Part shown: piece after piece, positions 48,666-62,744 of the stretch
Layout of the letters: every line of letters starts with the position of its first letter
How positions within the stretch are numbered: position 1 is the stretch's first letter
Source of the DNA: Lama guanicoe
Lineage: Eukaryota
DNA: 64,000 bases
Assembly: GCA_013239625.1 (NCBI GenBank)
Contig: MU053379.1
Coordinates: forward strand, 380,490-444,489
Reading direction: 5' to 3'
Position numbers and translations under genes: made by a program
Notes under the pieces: model-generated
What the model was told of the DNA's origin: nothing
What the model saw: only the letters and a program-made list of their open reading frames with translations
The model's database searches: none

Positions 48666-51600
48666 AGGAAGGAAGCCAAATTGTGAAGGGTGCAGTCAGA
48701 ATGATGAAGTAGAGGTATCAAGTGTAGACAATTCCTCCAAGAAGTGTAGTGGTGAAGGGAGGACAGAAGAAATGTATTATTATGGTGACTTGAATTTGTG
48801 TGGCTTTAATGATTTTTATGAATAATGGTTTCTAACACTTGTCTGACCACTTGGAGACTGGTACCCTACCAAAATATTGTGACATACCTGGCTGATCACG
48901 CTACCTGGTTTATCCAGAGTAATTTAAATTTTGACAAATAACAGCTGCAATTATGGAATTATAGCCTGTCAGACCAAAAAGGGATCTTGGAAAGGCACTA
49001 GTTTTAACCCTTAATTTTATGCATGAAGAAAAGGAGATCAAACATGATGTTTATGTTCCTAACTATTTGTAACAAGCATTTGAACCCTGCCGCTCCCTGG
49101 CTGTGACTCAGACAATGCATCATCAGAACCATTGCACCAGCCTTTCACACTGGATGAGAGACAGAACCAGATTAAATGAGATTTCTATGTGTGATTAGCC
49201 ACAAAAACCAACTTGGCCTGACCACACCAGTTTTATCAGGTCCTCCTGGTCTGCTTTTCACAATTTTAACCCCCTGCCCAAATTTTTATGAATTCCATTT
49301 TCCCAAACAAAACTGCTCATAGATTCAGAAATTCCACACCAACAACAACCAAGTGGATTTACACTTGGGAAAAAACAGAATATAAATTTTATTTTTCTTT
49401 GACTTCCCCTCTTAGTGACTAACACAGTGCTGTACATTTAGCAAGCATATACTAAATATCAAAATAAAAGTTTAGGAAAATTTTAAAGTCTTAGCATTAT
49501 CATCAGATGCTCAGTAAATGACAGGCAGATGTGTCATGAGATGCTGCAATCAGGAAAAACCAAGCATGTCAGGAAAGATTATAAGAATATACTAATTTGT
49601 ACCTGTATTTAATGACTTCAATTAATTAATTACCATTAACAGCCTAAAATTTTGTGACTTAATGAGAATTTAAGAAGCCAGTGACAGAGGAGAATAAGGA
49701 GATCCACAAATTCTACTTTCCTTGCTGTTAGCTTGTTCTCTACTTTGGTGAATGGGGAGAAATATCCCTTTCATCTGGAGGCTATCAATTCTCTTCAAAA
49801 TGATGGACATTCAAACACAGGAAAGTAGTTCGGATACAAGGATCAATTCCAGTCAGTTCCTGTTCACTGCATTTCTAGGGAGTGTCAACCAAGAATGGGA
49901 GACGAAGAAAGAACTTACAGAGCCTAAGATGTGGGGGAAAGGTTAGGAAACAAGTCATTGTTGATCTCTTGAAGTCCAGGAGCAGCACCATGGGGTGAGG
50001 TTGCAGAATTAGGCTGAAGGGAGCCTTGGAGAATTGTGTCTTCAATGAGGCTTAGCATGAACCCAAATTTGGACCCAGCAACTGAAGCCTGAAACAAACC
50101 ATCCTGGCCATTAACTTAGAAAAGAGGAAAATACCAAAGAAAAGTTATGGGAGTTTTTTTTTTTTTAATGGGCAAAGAAAGTAATAGGAGCCACAGTCAC
50201 GCAAGGGAAAGTATAGAAGCAGAGGAATATTCAGTTCATTTAACAAACGTGCTTAACACGTTCAGTAAACAAGTATGATATCAGACACTGAGACATGGAC
50301 TAGGGAACAAATAAGCAACGGGTATTCAATCCCTTTGGTCTAAGAAAGATTTCAAATATTGAGGAGAGCTCAAGCCCCAATGTGCAAACACTTTTTAAGT
50401 CTTTGATTTTATCACATTTACTAAATCCCATTGGCCAAAACACGCCATGTGGCCAAGATCAGAGTCAGTGTGGGAGGGAACTAACGAAAGGAAATGATGC
50501 AGAGAGACATAAACAAAATAAGGACCATTACTGCAACATTCTACTATTGGATCCTGTGGGAGTTACATCTCTGAGTTATCCCATCAAAGAATGAGGGACC
50601 CAGGAAATTAAGCCACCAGCTCTCATTCTTCCTTTGTCGAGGGTTACACCTCAGGGGCATCAAATCTCTTGGACTTCTACCTGCCCTAAGCCAATCAAGC
50701 ATGCTTCCACAATCAGAACACCTCAGGAAGAGGGAAACGTGAAGGCTTTGGCCCCTATAGGTACTGTCTACAGGTGACCTCCAGGGTAGGTAAAGGGAAT
50801 CCAGGAAGAGCATCAAAACATCATCAGCCACATAGAAGGCATAAGTAGATAAAAACAGAGAAATCACAGACAAATAGGAGTGCTCTTTTTAAGCAACTGG
50901 AGTGCTGGCAATATGCTTCGTGATAGATTTATGATACAGGGCGTGTGAGGCAATGACTGTCAACAGCAGGGAAGTCTTCACAAGGCAGACAATGTCAAGT
51001 TGAAGTGAATCTGCATTGAGGCTCATAATTCAACAGGTTGAAGTAAAAGGGTTTATAGAGGATGGCAGAACATACGCAACAAAGTGCACTGGGGTTTTAG
51101 AAGGATTACAATTGGTTTTACCCGACTAGATGCTAAGAGAGACAGGGAGATGGAGCCAAAAAAGTGGACTGAGGTCAGTTCATGAGGGGCCACCCACACT
51201 ATGTTTGGATTTTGTGGGCAGGTATAAGGGGGCATGGAAGGATACTTGGAAAGTATGATAGAGTTGCCATATACAGGAAACCCTAGGATAACAAGCTGAG
51301 CTAAGAGTGAAGTGGAGGGGCCTTGATCCCCCAGCCTGTTCCTTTGTCCTAGGGAACTATTCATGTCCTGGAAGCATGTAGCACCATCCTTTTTAACTGA
51401 TGATCCTAGGAGAGAATCAGGTTACATGTCTTGGATCCCATGGCCACTGTCTGACGAGATCAGGGATGCTGATAGCTTAATTGTTGTCCTTGAAGCCACA
51501 ATGGATGGCTGGTAGAAGCAGCCACTTTTATCCATCAAATTTATTCCAGCTAAGAATACAATGATTGAATGCATCCTACTTCATCCCCTGGCACACAAAT

Positions 51601-53448
51601 ACATGAATCTGAAACAAGCCCCCTAACTTAGAAGCCAAACAGAAAAGCCAGGACAGCAGTGTTATCCCAGCACTCCCGAGAAGTAGCTTATTCGCTGATA
51701 TTGCAAAAGAATAATGCATGTTCTTAAATTTTCACTTCTAAGATAATACATGGAAATTTTGCCTTAGGCTAGAAAAGAACTATTTGTGAATAAGGCTGAG
51801 ATTCACCTACTCTTCATCTGTCTTATTGCCTGGTTGTCATTTTAGACTTGATATGAATCAGTTGTGTAGTTCTTGGGAGTAAATTACAGTTTGAATCCAC
51901 TGTGGATTAGTGGCTCATTTCTACAATAGGTGTCCACATCCATGGGTTGCAGACAACCCAAGCTGTTTCACATTTTCGTGTTCCTGGTCACAGGAAAGAG
52001 TGGCTCCTAGAGTCACAGAGGAGAGCTGAGTGTTGTCCACAGAGAACAAATGCTTAGGAGAAACTCAGAAAAGGGGCAAGATGGGCCTAGAGCCAAGTGT
52101 CCTGAGTGCCAAGTCAATGACTTCCCACTCTCCCCTCTAACTTCCCTTCAAATAGGTAATTCCCTGCTTACAAATAACTAGTTCCAAAGGAACATCCATC
52201 CACACAGTCATATTTTATTGACAAGTCTTTATTGAGCCCTGCAGAGATAAAGCACATTGAAAGGGTTGGGTTCTACAGACAGAAAGGTGACATTTTCAGA
52301 TTTACATGCAAAGAAAAGCATATTATGGTTGGCTAGCCCAGTTTATAAGACTTCACCTGATCTGCTGTCTCCACCTAGCTCTTACAAATACCTGTTGTAT
52401 GAGCTGGGATGTGGAAAACTCTGTTGAGCAACTGGTTTCTGGTTCTATACACAAAGGACCTTCTCATACCAGGCTAACCTTATAATATGCCCCAGTAAAT
52501 TCAGGCTGAATAATATCCTCTGTCACATCTGGTTACTCTAAGAAATGATGTCCTCACTGCACAGGACTCCTCCTGTTGCAGAGGAGCTGAAGGCACATAG
52601 AAACAATTAGGCTTCTCTGCTGCATGAGTGGCATCTGTTCAAAGGAGCTGTCAAAACTTCCACTCCTCTAGTGAAATCATATTTACTTTATTCATCTAAA
52701 TAATGTGGCTTGTTTGCCTTCTGTATGAAATTGTCTTGGTCTGTTTCTCGTTGATTGATTTTTATGAGATAGCATATCATTTTCTGTGCATCCATATGAC
52801 ACTCTGCTAAGAATGGAATGACTCCTTATTGAATAGTTCCAATTATCATATCTTTTTATAGTTTTAGAATCACTAGATTTATTCAAAATGCCCAGCTTCT
52901 CATCCCCATTTTATTCACTGCCCAACTATACTCCCTCCAAATTAAAAGAAGAATGATCAAAATAAATAAAAATCATAAGTGAAAATTTAAAAATAAAAAC
53001 CACATACTTTATATTCCATTCCAAACATGTTGCTCTCTGTTTGGGTAATTAAAGCCATTGGAACCCATTGAAATGTGATATATATGTTTTTAATACTATT
53101 TTTAAAGCAATTTTAAGTTTACAACAAAATTGAGAGAATGGTATAAAGATTTCTCATATAATCCCCAGCCCCAACACACATACTCCCCCTTTTATCAGCA
53201 TCACTGACCAGAATGGTACACTTTTACCAAGGATGAACCTACACTTATGTATCGTAATCACCCCAAAATTCATAGTTTACCTTAGGGTTCACCCTTGGTA
53301 TCAACTTTGTAGATTTGGACATAAGTATAATGACATATATCCATCATTATAATACCATACAAAATATTTTGACTTCCTCCCAAATCCTCTGTGCTCTGCC
53401 TATTCCTCTCTCCCTCCGTCCTCCTTCCTTCCCTGGCAAATGCTGATA

Positions 53449-53449
53449 T

Positions 53450-53500
<51 letters not shown>
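53449..53500 (+). repeat. (TTTA)n tetranucleotide microsatellite
   Basis: Direct reading. Confidence 0.95.
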
Positions 53501-53629
53501 TTTTTGTCTGCACAGTTTTGCCTTTTTAAGGATATCAGATAGTTGGAATCATACAGTATGAGACTTTTCAGACTGACTTCCTTCACTTTAACAGTATGTG
53601 TTTTCATGGTTTGATAGTTTATTTCTATT

Positions 53630-54175
53630 TTTTTAATTCTTATTTTTTACTGAAATGTAGTTGATTTACAATTTTAGTTTCAGGTGTACAGCAGCAAAGC
53701 AATTTAGTTATGCATATATATATATACATATATATATTCAGATTCTTTTCTTTTACAGCTCATTGCAAGAAACTAAATACTGTGCTATACAGTAGGCCCT
53801 TGTTGTTTATCTATTATGTATATACTAATGTGCATCTATTAATCCCAAAATTCTAATCTATCCTTCCCCCTACTCTCTCCCCCTGGGTAACCACAGTTTA
53901 TTTTCTATGTCTGTGAGTCTATTTCTGGTTTGTAAATAAAATTTGTACCTTTCTTTTTAGATTCCACATATAAGTGATATCATTTGATATTTGTCTTTTT
54001 CTTTGTGATTTATTTCACTAAATATAATAATCTTTATGTCCATCCATGTTGCCGCAAATGGCATTATTTCAATCTTTTTTTGGCTGAGTAATAGTCTATT
54101 GTGGGGTGTGTGTGTGTGTGTGTGTGTTTATACCACATTTTCTTTATCCATTCATCTGTTAAAGGACATTTAGGT
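53630..54175 (-). mobile_element. Younger L1 3' end nested in the L1MC-like element
   Basis: TGTGCTATACAGTAGG, CCCTGGGTAACCA and TCCATCCATGTTGCCGCAAATGGCATTATT resemble the 32674-33422 copy; host sequence resumes at ~54176. Confidence 0.8.
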
Positions 54176-57109
54176 CATTTCTTTTTAGCGCTGAATAATA
54201 TTCCATTATCTAGCTGTACCACAGTTTATTTACCCATGCACCTACTGAAAGACATCTTGGTTGCTTTCAGTTATTACTAACACTGCTACAAGTATTTACA
54301 TGCAGTATTTTGTGTGGACCTGCATTTTCAACCCATCTGGGTAAATACTAAGAAGTGCAATTGCTGGATTATATGGTAAAAGTATTTTTAGCTTTCTAAG
54401 AAACTGCCAAACTGTCTTCCAGAGTGGCTGTACAATTTTGCAGTCTCACCAGCAATGTGTGAGAGTTCCTGTTGCTCCAACTTCTCACCACCATTCAGCA
54501 GTAACAGTGTTCCAGATTTTGGTCATTCTAATAGATGTGTAGTGATATGTTATTGTTGTTTTAAATTGCAATGCCTCGTGACATGTGATGTGAAGTATCT
54601 GTGCTCATTTGCCACTTGTATGTCTTCATTGGCAAGGCCTCTGTTATGGTCTTTGGTCCATTTTTAACTGGGTTCTTTGTCTTCTGATTGCTGAATTTAA
54701 GAGTTCTTTGTATATGTTGAATAGCAGTCCTTTATGTGTCTTTTGCAAATATTTTTTCCAAGTCTGTCACTTGTTTTCTGAGTTCTCATGGTATTGTCTT
54801 TCATAAAATAGAAGTTTTTACTTTTAATGGAGTACAGCTTATCAATTACTTATTCCATGGATTAAGACAATTGGCAAAAATATAGATAACATCTATAAAG
54901 TTTAAAATAACATTATATCAACATTAGTTTTCTGATTGTGATACTTGTTTGAGCATTTAGGTGAATATTAGCTGAACATCCTTCTAAGTGGGAACCTTAC
55001 TTGCACAGGCTGGTTTTTTTTTTTTTCTGAAAACTATGTGTTGTAAAGATCTTTCTGTGGCCACAAGGAAAAATACAGCATCATTTTTACAACCATTCAC
55101 TGTTGAAAATGCAATAAGCTTTCTTTCTTCTAAACCCCCTGTCTTCCTTCACAACCTTTATTGTGCTTTTGTGACTTTGTCCCAATGAGACTGACACCGA
55201 TGATTCAATATTTAACTCATCCTTGATAGCGCTATTGTCAGATATATGAAGTTGGATATAATAAATACATACGTAAATAAATAAAGGTCAAAACATGAAT
55301 CCTTTCCTCCAACCTCGTTACCTATATGAAATTTAACATGATACCAATAATGTCCCATTAACAAATCACATTTGATATTGACTTAACCAAGTATAGCCTT
55401 CTTCTGGGTTATTCCAGGTTTTGAAGAACAATTTGCTTGTGAAGAGCCAGCACATAATTTCACAATTTGGGCATTCACTTTTCACCTATTCTTCTCTTTT
55501 ATCATTTAGAGATAACCTCAACCCCAGAGCTGATGTCAGATAGCGCTTAGTCTCTCTTGGATACCACAACTGCTCCAAAGAGCTTGGGCCTAACTACAGA
55601 CAAAAATAACAGATAGTCTAGCCATGTCTGCAATCAACTGGGTTTTTTCCCCTCTAATATCTGAGGGTATTTCTTCTACTCCCAGTTCACAACTCCCAGT
55701 TGTGAGTTTCTATGAGTTCAAACCTTCTTAAGATATGGCTTCTGCCAAGCACTTATTAGAGTCCTAGGCTGTTCAGAACTAGAAGATACAATCACTTGCA
55801 TCACTTGTTGGCTCACAAATTTTTTATTCAGCTAGCACTGTGCTTTCCATCTGTTTGTCCTAAGGAAAGGGAGAGATCCACCAGTTTACCACAAGCCCCC
55901 ACCACTCCCTATTGCCTGATACCTGATTCACAAACTTATAGTGCCTGCTTGACCACAAAGCATTAAATGTTTTATGAATACCCAAAATGCCACACCCAGA
56001 GAGATTTAGTTATTCACATGGAAGCACACAGCTACTCAGCAACTCCTGCCAGAATCTAGACCCACCTGGGTTTTTTTATTCATTCAAAAATATTTATGAA
56101 ATATTTACTTCATACCAGATACTTGTGAGCAAAACAAACATTGTCCTCATGGAGCTTGCTGTTTACTTGTTCCCAGGTCTGTCTCCAGAGAAAGCATTCT
56201 TTTTAGCATACCAGGATTATTTTGAAGATGATGATTTAGGCAACGTGTCAGTAGCTCACATTTTTTTTGTTTAAGATTATTCTATTACTATGTACAAAGC
56301 CAGCCTTGTGTATGAATCTTCCCATAAAAAGGGAGTATTTCCTTGCTACAAAGTGTGCATTGGTTCACTTGGCTATGGGTCGGAGTGACTCTGCTAGGAC
56401 TGACTTGGAATATTCAGTTGGCTGGCTGACAATGAGAATAAGGCAAGACAGATGATCAGAGCCCATAGAGAAATTACTCACTACCAGCCTTTGATAGTAA
56501 ATTAATAGCATAAAAATGAAAACTTAAAGGTCTCATCTGAGAAGTATGAACCAAGAGAGGTTCAGGGTTCCAGGTTTAAGAGCGGGCTAGTGATGCAGGA
56601 CATTCTACAGAAAATGCCTGGATAAATGGCACATCCTGGCCACACTGTGGAAGCCGATTGGTTCCCACCCATGCAACGGAGGAAGTGTCATCCAAAGTGG
56701 ACCTGAGTGTCCCTCACCACACTGGGCTGTCAATCAGACTGTCCTCATCCATGCCCTGGAATGACAGCTGTGGCTTCATAGCTGATACACAGGTCTGCTC
56801 AGAAAAAAAACGTTTTCTACTTCGTGATGGGAATATTTAATCTAAGTATCAGGTTAAACACTTTGTTGTTGGTAATTAAGAAATAAAATCATGCTAAAGA
56901 TGTGCTTCTCCCTTCCTTTGCTCTAAAGTTGACATTCAGACCTGTCTGTATGTAAGCTTCGGAATTTTTGCTGAGATCAGCTTGCTTTACACATAATCCA
57001 GGGAAACCAACAATAGTCCCTGGGTAAATGTCAGTAACATACAGGGTTCATTGCTTGATTGACCTGGAAGGAGACAAATTCCATGTGGAAAAGAAATTTT
57101 AGAGAGAGT

Positions 57110-57270
57110 GAAAAATAGGAGAAAGATATGGGCTTCAAAGCCAGCTGGGTCTGTATTGAAATGAGCTTCTCTGAACTCTGTGCCCTCATACTTAAAATGG
57201 AGATAGTAGCACCCACATCTGTAGAACTGCTATGGTCTGATTTTTTTAAGAGCCTGGCATATTGTGGCAA
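57110..57270 (+). mobile_element. MIR SINE
   Basis: CTCTGTGCCCTCATACTTAAAATGGAGATAGTAGCACC...GCCTGGCATATT. Confidence 0.5.
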
Positions 57271-57539
57271 TGTGAATTTACAAATGGACCTCTCCTTTGA
57301 GCTGTTTTCTGCTAGGAACTGGCAATATCCTGGTTTGCAGCCTTACACTAAAGATGGCTTCCCTCGTGCATCAGTTACACCATCTAGCAGGTCTGAAAAT
57401 GCTGGCATTGATGTCCTGCCTGCTGGTGGGGGGATGACAATCAGAAAGTTCCAAAGCAGCAGCCAGCACCTTTACACATACTTATAGCTCATCTGTGATG
57501 TATCTTCAGGGCGGGCCTCCTGGTATGCTCTGACTGCGT

Positions 57540-58050
57540 GTGGTAGTTTGATTTTATTGACGGCCCAATTACTGACCCTCCTGTTTTTTTCCTGGAACTT
57601 TGCCATCCTTCCTACTCTGACTCCAGGCTAGCCTCTGGTATGCTTCGGCCAAAAGACTATAGCAGAAGAGCTGTCAGGCCAGTGCCACACCGGGGACTCA
57701 AGAGTCCTTGCACATTTCCACTTAGTCTCTTGTACTGTTGGCTGTACTTCTGGAACCCTGCCACATCCATGAAAACAAGCCTGAGTGAGGCTGCTGGAGG
57801 ACGAGAGGCCATCTGGAGGAGAGCTGAGGTGCCCCAGCTAACGGCCACCGCACGCTCAGAAGTGGAGCCAACGAGACAAACTGCAGCTGACTACAAATGC
57901 GTGAGGTAGCCCCATCAAAACCTGAACAACCGCTCAGCAAGTTTAAATCGTTGACCCAGGAAATTGTGAGCTAAATAAACAGTTGCTGCTTGAAGCTACC
58001 AAGATTTTTGGTGGTTTGTAACTCACATTATCATGATGATACGTGACTGA
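57540..58050 (+). mobile_element. MaLR LTR (MLT1F/G-like)
   Basis: CCATGAAAACAAGCCTGAG...GGAGAGCTGAGGTGCCCCAGC...GTGAGCTAAATAAACAGTTGCTGCTTGAAGC...GTGGTTTG. Confidence 0.7.
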
Positions 58051-58688
58051 AACTCAAGTGACTTGAGAAGCTTTCTCCAATGCTAGAGATCACTAATGAG
58101 GACCCCTGCAGGGGGCCCTCCACCATCAGAGCACACTCCCTCCATGGGTTTGCCTGTCTCTCCAATGTTCAGCTGCTAATCATGTCCTCTGAGTGTCTTT
58201 GTGAATCACCTGAGAGCCTGACAACAGGGGCAATTAATATTGGTCCTGTGGAGGCAGAAGACAAAGGAAGAGTCTCATGCAGGAGAGGAGGTGGTCTTTA
58301 TCTGTTATTCTCCAGATCCACTTTTTGCCCATCTTTTTTTCCAAAGCAAGACAGGAAGAAGTGAGACTATTCAAATAGCTAAGATGTGTGATCCTAGGTC
58401 CAGACTTTAAGGAGGAAGAACTCTGGTTGGAGGAAAGATGCAAGTCAGTACAGGTGAGCACTGATAACCTGTAAACAAGAGATTGTTCAGGCTGAAGCAT
58501 GGTTAGAACACAGGCAGGACTATGCCTTTAGTACCCCTTCTCCTGCTTCTCTTAATTCTCCTCTCTTCCTTTCTGGCCCTAGAAGCCTCCATCCTATCCC
58601 ATCAGTAAATCTCAGGGAGGCATTTAGTTAGCCATGGCTTAAGATGTTACCCCTTCCAGAGGTAACTGGACTCTCATGTAAGCATTCA

Positions 58689-58696
<8 letters not shown>

Positions 58697-58730
<34 letters not shown>
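58697..58730 (+). repeat. (AC)n microsatellite
   Basis: Direct reading. Confidence 0.95.
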
Positions 58731-58732
<2 letters not shown>

Positions 58733-59339
58733 AATTTACAATGGGGCTGAGCAGGAAGCTTTTGAGGCAAGGAGAGGCCTTTTAATGCTACCTAAGTTGT
58801 ACCAACTGACCCTGCCTCTCCCCAGAAAGTCCTCAGGCTACCCTTCCTCTGTCCTTCTCTCCTTTCCCTACCTTCCCCTGTCTAATTCACAATCTCCCTA
58901 TTTGTATCCTTCTTTGTTTCTGTAATATTATATGTTCTGTAATTGCACAATGTAATTTTCCTCTTTCCTCACTGGCCTGTAAGTATCAATCAGTAGGACA
59001 GACTACCCCATTTCCCTTTCTGTCTCATCCTTATTGCAAAGTGCAGTCCCCTACCCATAAGAGATTGCATGCATTCTGGGGAAATTAAGAATGGTCTGGG
59101 GAAGGTCAGTAAAGTGCAGAGCCTAGCTCCTACTATAAAATTCAGAACACCCAAATAAAATTGACAAGCAGGCATCAGCTGAACCAGTTTTCAATCCTTG
59201 ATGTATTGTTTTGTGTCCCAGTTTTTATTCCTTAAACCTCCTGACAGCAGCTCCTCTTGAAAATAAAACTATAAAAATTCTATATACGTAGGATGAAGTC
59301 CAATGTTCTCCCAAATGAGTCTGACTGAGCATCATGAAA

Positions 59340-59360
59340 GTCAGCACAATGGACAGAGCT
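59340..59360 (+). promoter_or_regulatory. Candidate RE1/NRSE (REST binding site) in PCSK2 intron 1
   Basis: GTCAGCACAATGGACAGAGCT matches 17/21 positions of TTCAGCACCATGGACAGCGCC, with both half-sites (TCAGCAC, GGACAG) at canonical spacing. Confidence 0.6.
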
Positions 59361-59386
59361 GCCAAAGGAAAAGTGATGGGTCTAAA

Positions 59387-59553
59387 CCAGAGAGTCCTAA
59401 CAATTTGGGGGTTCTGGACCCACCTGAGAATCTGTAAGAAGCAGTGGGAATTCCTGAAGCAAGTAAATGCATAGAAGCACAAAATTTCACGTGGAAGCCA
59501 CATCCACAGACCTTCTGGAGCACCCAGGGGTCACCTAAGGGGAAAGAACTCTG
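59387..59553. mobile_element. hAT-Charlie MER remnant (MER117/MER5-group-like)
   Basis: GGACCCACCTGAGAATCTG...AAATGCATA...CAAAATTT...AAGAACTCTG pattern. Confidence 0.4.
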
Positions 59554-60984
59554 GCCCAGAGGGAAGCAGGCAGTGGGCTCCAAGAGGATTTAACACACCT
59601 TTTTATCTGTTCACCATCAGCTGCCAATTCCCTGGGGTTCCCTGTTGTTCAGGAAAGCGAATGTGTAGATTCAGAGAGGACTTTAGCTTGGAGCCATGGT
59701 TATCAGTGGGAAAAGGAGGCAAGAGAGAAGGAAGAGAGGCAATGAGAAGCGTTGCTGGGATCCATTAAATTTTGCGGCATAATGAGAATTTCTAAAAACT
59801 GCAAGTCTGAGTTAGCAACGTTATTATACTGTCACCCAGCCTGAACCTTCAAGCTGACAATTTGCTGTGAATTCTTCTCTCAGGCCTTTTTTCTCCTTCC
59901 TTCTGGAACCATGCATAGTTTGCCTTAAGAGACAAAGGTGATGGTGTGAAAGAAGGATGTGTGTGTGTTTAAATGAAGAAAACATGATAATATACTAAGT
60001 GCTGAAATATATGAGAGGTTTCTTACTGGGACACAGGTGAGGGACTGAGGATCTAAGATTGCTTTCAATAAGTCTCTTCTACGTGGAAGGTCAGTATTCT
60101 ACTTAAGAAGTGGAGGGACGCACGTGCATTACCACACTGAGATCTGTGTAGGCAGCAAATATCGTGCACTGCTGTAAGTCACACAGCATCTATCTTTCCC
60201 TGCCCGTGGTGGTCTCATGCTTTCACAATGATCTCCTCAGATAGTCCTTCTCAGAGGTTCAGAGGGCAGCAGATTTGGGGTCTACACTCCAAAGACAAGA
60301 GTCAAAAAGGGCTCAGAAAAGCAACCAATGCCTTCAGGTTAATCATTTGTTAAGTTTGTGATCAGTCCATTTACCTGTTAGTATTGCCAGAGTTTCCAAT
60401 TTCAGCTCTGTGAGACCGATTAACTTCATTTGCTGCAGAGCCAAGACGGTGCCCCCTCATCGAAGAATCCCAGGTCCTGGGTCCCAGGGACACAGCAGCG
60501 GGGATGTCACTCACCAGCCTGGCTGTCCTCAAGTCAGACTCATCTTTGTCAGGAATTCCAGCCTGCAGTCTCTTGGACTCATAGCTGTGGTTACCAAGGC
60601 GCATGGGACCTTGAGCGAGACTGCAGTGGAGCAGGATGGTGGGAAGGGCACTAGACTCACAGTCAGGGGGTCGGGGGTTTCTGTTGAGAGCTCCCTCTCA
60701 ACTGGGCGAGTCCTACCCCTCCCTGGGCTTGTTTCTTTCTATAACAAGCAATTAGACCAAGCCGGGGGTGCAATATAACCACGGGAAGTGACCTCAGTAT
60801 ATGACAATAGGAAGTGGTGGGGCCTCTGGCTTGAAATTTGTAAACATATGACCCTCTAAAGGATATTCAAATTTAATTTTTAAAATATCTTCACACTTTT
60901 TTAAACTCTCAATTTGGGAATAATTTTAGACTTAAAAATGTATTGCAAAAATAGCACACAGGTTCACCCAAGTTCGTAGAAACA

Positions 60985-61445
60985 TTACTCACAATAGCCA
61001 AAAGGTGGAAGCAACCCAGTGTTCATAAACAGGTGAACAGATAAACAAAATGTGATACATGCATACAATGGAATATTATTATTCAGCCTGAAGAGAGAAG
61101 GGAATTCTGACAGTGCTACACATGGAGAATCTTGAAGATATTCAGCTGAGTAAAATGAGCCAGTCACAAAAGGACAAGTATTGTATGACTCCACTCTATG
61201 AGATTCCTAGAGTAGTAAAATCCATAGAGGAAGAAAGCAGAAGGGTGGCAGTCAGGCAGCCAGAGGAGATGAGAATAGGGAGTTATCATTTAATGCACAA
61301 AGAGTTTAATTTTGCAAGACAGAAAGAGTGCTAGATATGGTGACGGTTGCACAACAGTGTGAATGTACTTAACATCCCTCAACTGTGTACTTAAACCTGT
61401 TTAAATGAAGAGTTTATATTATATATATTTCACTACAATAAAAAA
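60985..61445 (+). mobile_element. L1 (L1MB-like) 3' end, nested in an older antisense L1
   Basis: CACAATAGCCAAAAGGTGGAAGCAACCCAG...GCCAGTCACAAAAGGACAAGTATTGTATGA...GGTTGCACAACAGTGTGAATGTACTTAA...AATAAAAA. Confidence 0.8.
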
Positions 61446-61459
61446 GATGACTTTTTAAA

Positions 61460-62130
61460 AAATGACAGCAAAGTTCCCATATACTTTTTATCCAGCCTCC
61501 CCAAAGTTAACGTCTGACAGAAACCATGCACAATCACCAAAGCCAGGGGAGGCGCTGATGCAACACAGTGAATCTACAGACGTTGTTCACGTTCTTCCAG
61601 TTGTCCCACTAATGTCCCTTTTTCTCATTCAGGAGCCAATCCAAGATTTAAGTTACATTTCGCTGTCTTGCATCCTTAGTTTCCCTAGTTTGGAAAATGT
61701 CTGTAGTCCTTCTTTGTCTTTTATGAGCTGGATGATTTTAAAGAGTACTAGCCAGTTGTGGGTTTGTGCAATGTTTCCTCCAGATTGAATACAGATTTTT
61801 GGCAAGAAAATTATGTAAGTCTCCTTCTCAGGGCTTTGTATCTTGAGGCACTTGATTTTGATATGTTTCGTCCCTGGGGAGGTTAGCTTAGATCACATGG
61901 TTGAGGAAGTCGCTGCCAGGCTCATCCACTGTAAAGATGTCACTTCTCTTTGTTTATCATTACATTTCACCCACGAACTTTCGCATCCTTTGGTGATGTT
62001 TGCCAGTCACAATTATTTATGGTGTTTCCTGAATGGTGATATTCAATTTCCATTCATCACTTCTACTTCTGTTAATTGGAATTCCACTGTAAGAAAGAAT
62101 TTTCCATTTGCCTCTATTCAAATTTAATTT
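61460..62130 (-). mobile_element. Old L1 (L1MC-like) 3' UTR, antisense (left stub ~60890-60980)
   Basis: AGTTCCCATATAC, GTTGTCCCACTAATGTCCCTTT, AAGAGTACTAGCCAG, AATTGGAATTCCACTGTAAG. Confidence 0.65.
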
Positions 62131-62744
62131 AAAAAAAAATCAGTAAAACAGAGCCAGAATAATGTCCTTCCAAAGCTCACTGGTGCTTGATAACCCCAAA
62201 TTTCCTTTCTTGTGTTAAAAATTCTCAGATTCTTCATGCCCTCCAGAATAGGAAGTAAACCTCTAAGTTCATACCACCAACAGCAGTCAGAGGCACAAGT
62301 CTTTGGAGAGCAAAGATCAGCACACTTACATTTTTTTCCTTCTCATCCCCCACTTTTTGGATCAAATCTTAACATTACCCTGAGTACATCAGCAGGGTTA
62401 AGTAGAGAAAACATTGAGAAACACTAGAAAATGCACATGAAATATTTATGTTTAACTTGCCCTAAAGAATGTGGTTTTTAATGAACAGGCACTAAATCAC
62501 AAAAGCTGCAGAGTTTTAAGAGATTTTCATTTGTACACCAGACCCCTCGCCAAATTTGTTGTGCCCTTGAAATTCATCCAGTATTTGCTTCTCTGGCCAC
62601 AGGCCCCCCCTTTCTGTGCCAGAAAGGTCCCTTGAGGGCCCTTACCTGAGCTGCTCCAGGCCAGTGTCACCAACTGACAGAGCTAATACTATTGTAGAGT
62701 TTCAAGTTTGCACAGCCCTGAAAATATGAAGGAATAAAACATTT

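Larger units (their letters stand above)
53090..54860 (-). mobile_element. Old L1 (L1MC-like) 3' end, antisense; hosts a younger L1 and a (TTTA)n tract
   Basis: CATAGTTTACCTTAGGGTTCAC, AGTTGGAATCATACAGTATG, GCTGAATAATATTCC, AGAAACTGCCAAACTGTCTTCCAGAGTGGCTGTAC. Confidence 0.8.
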
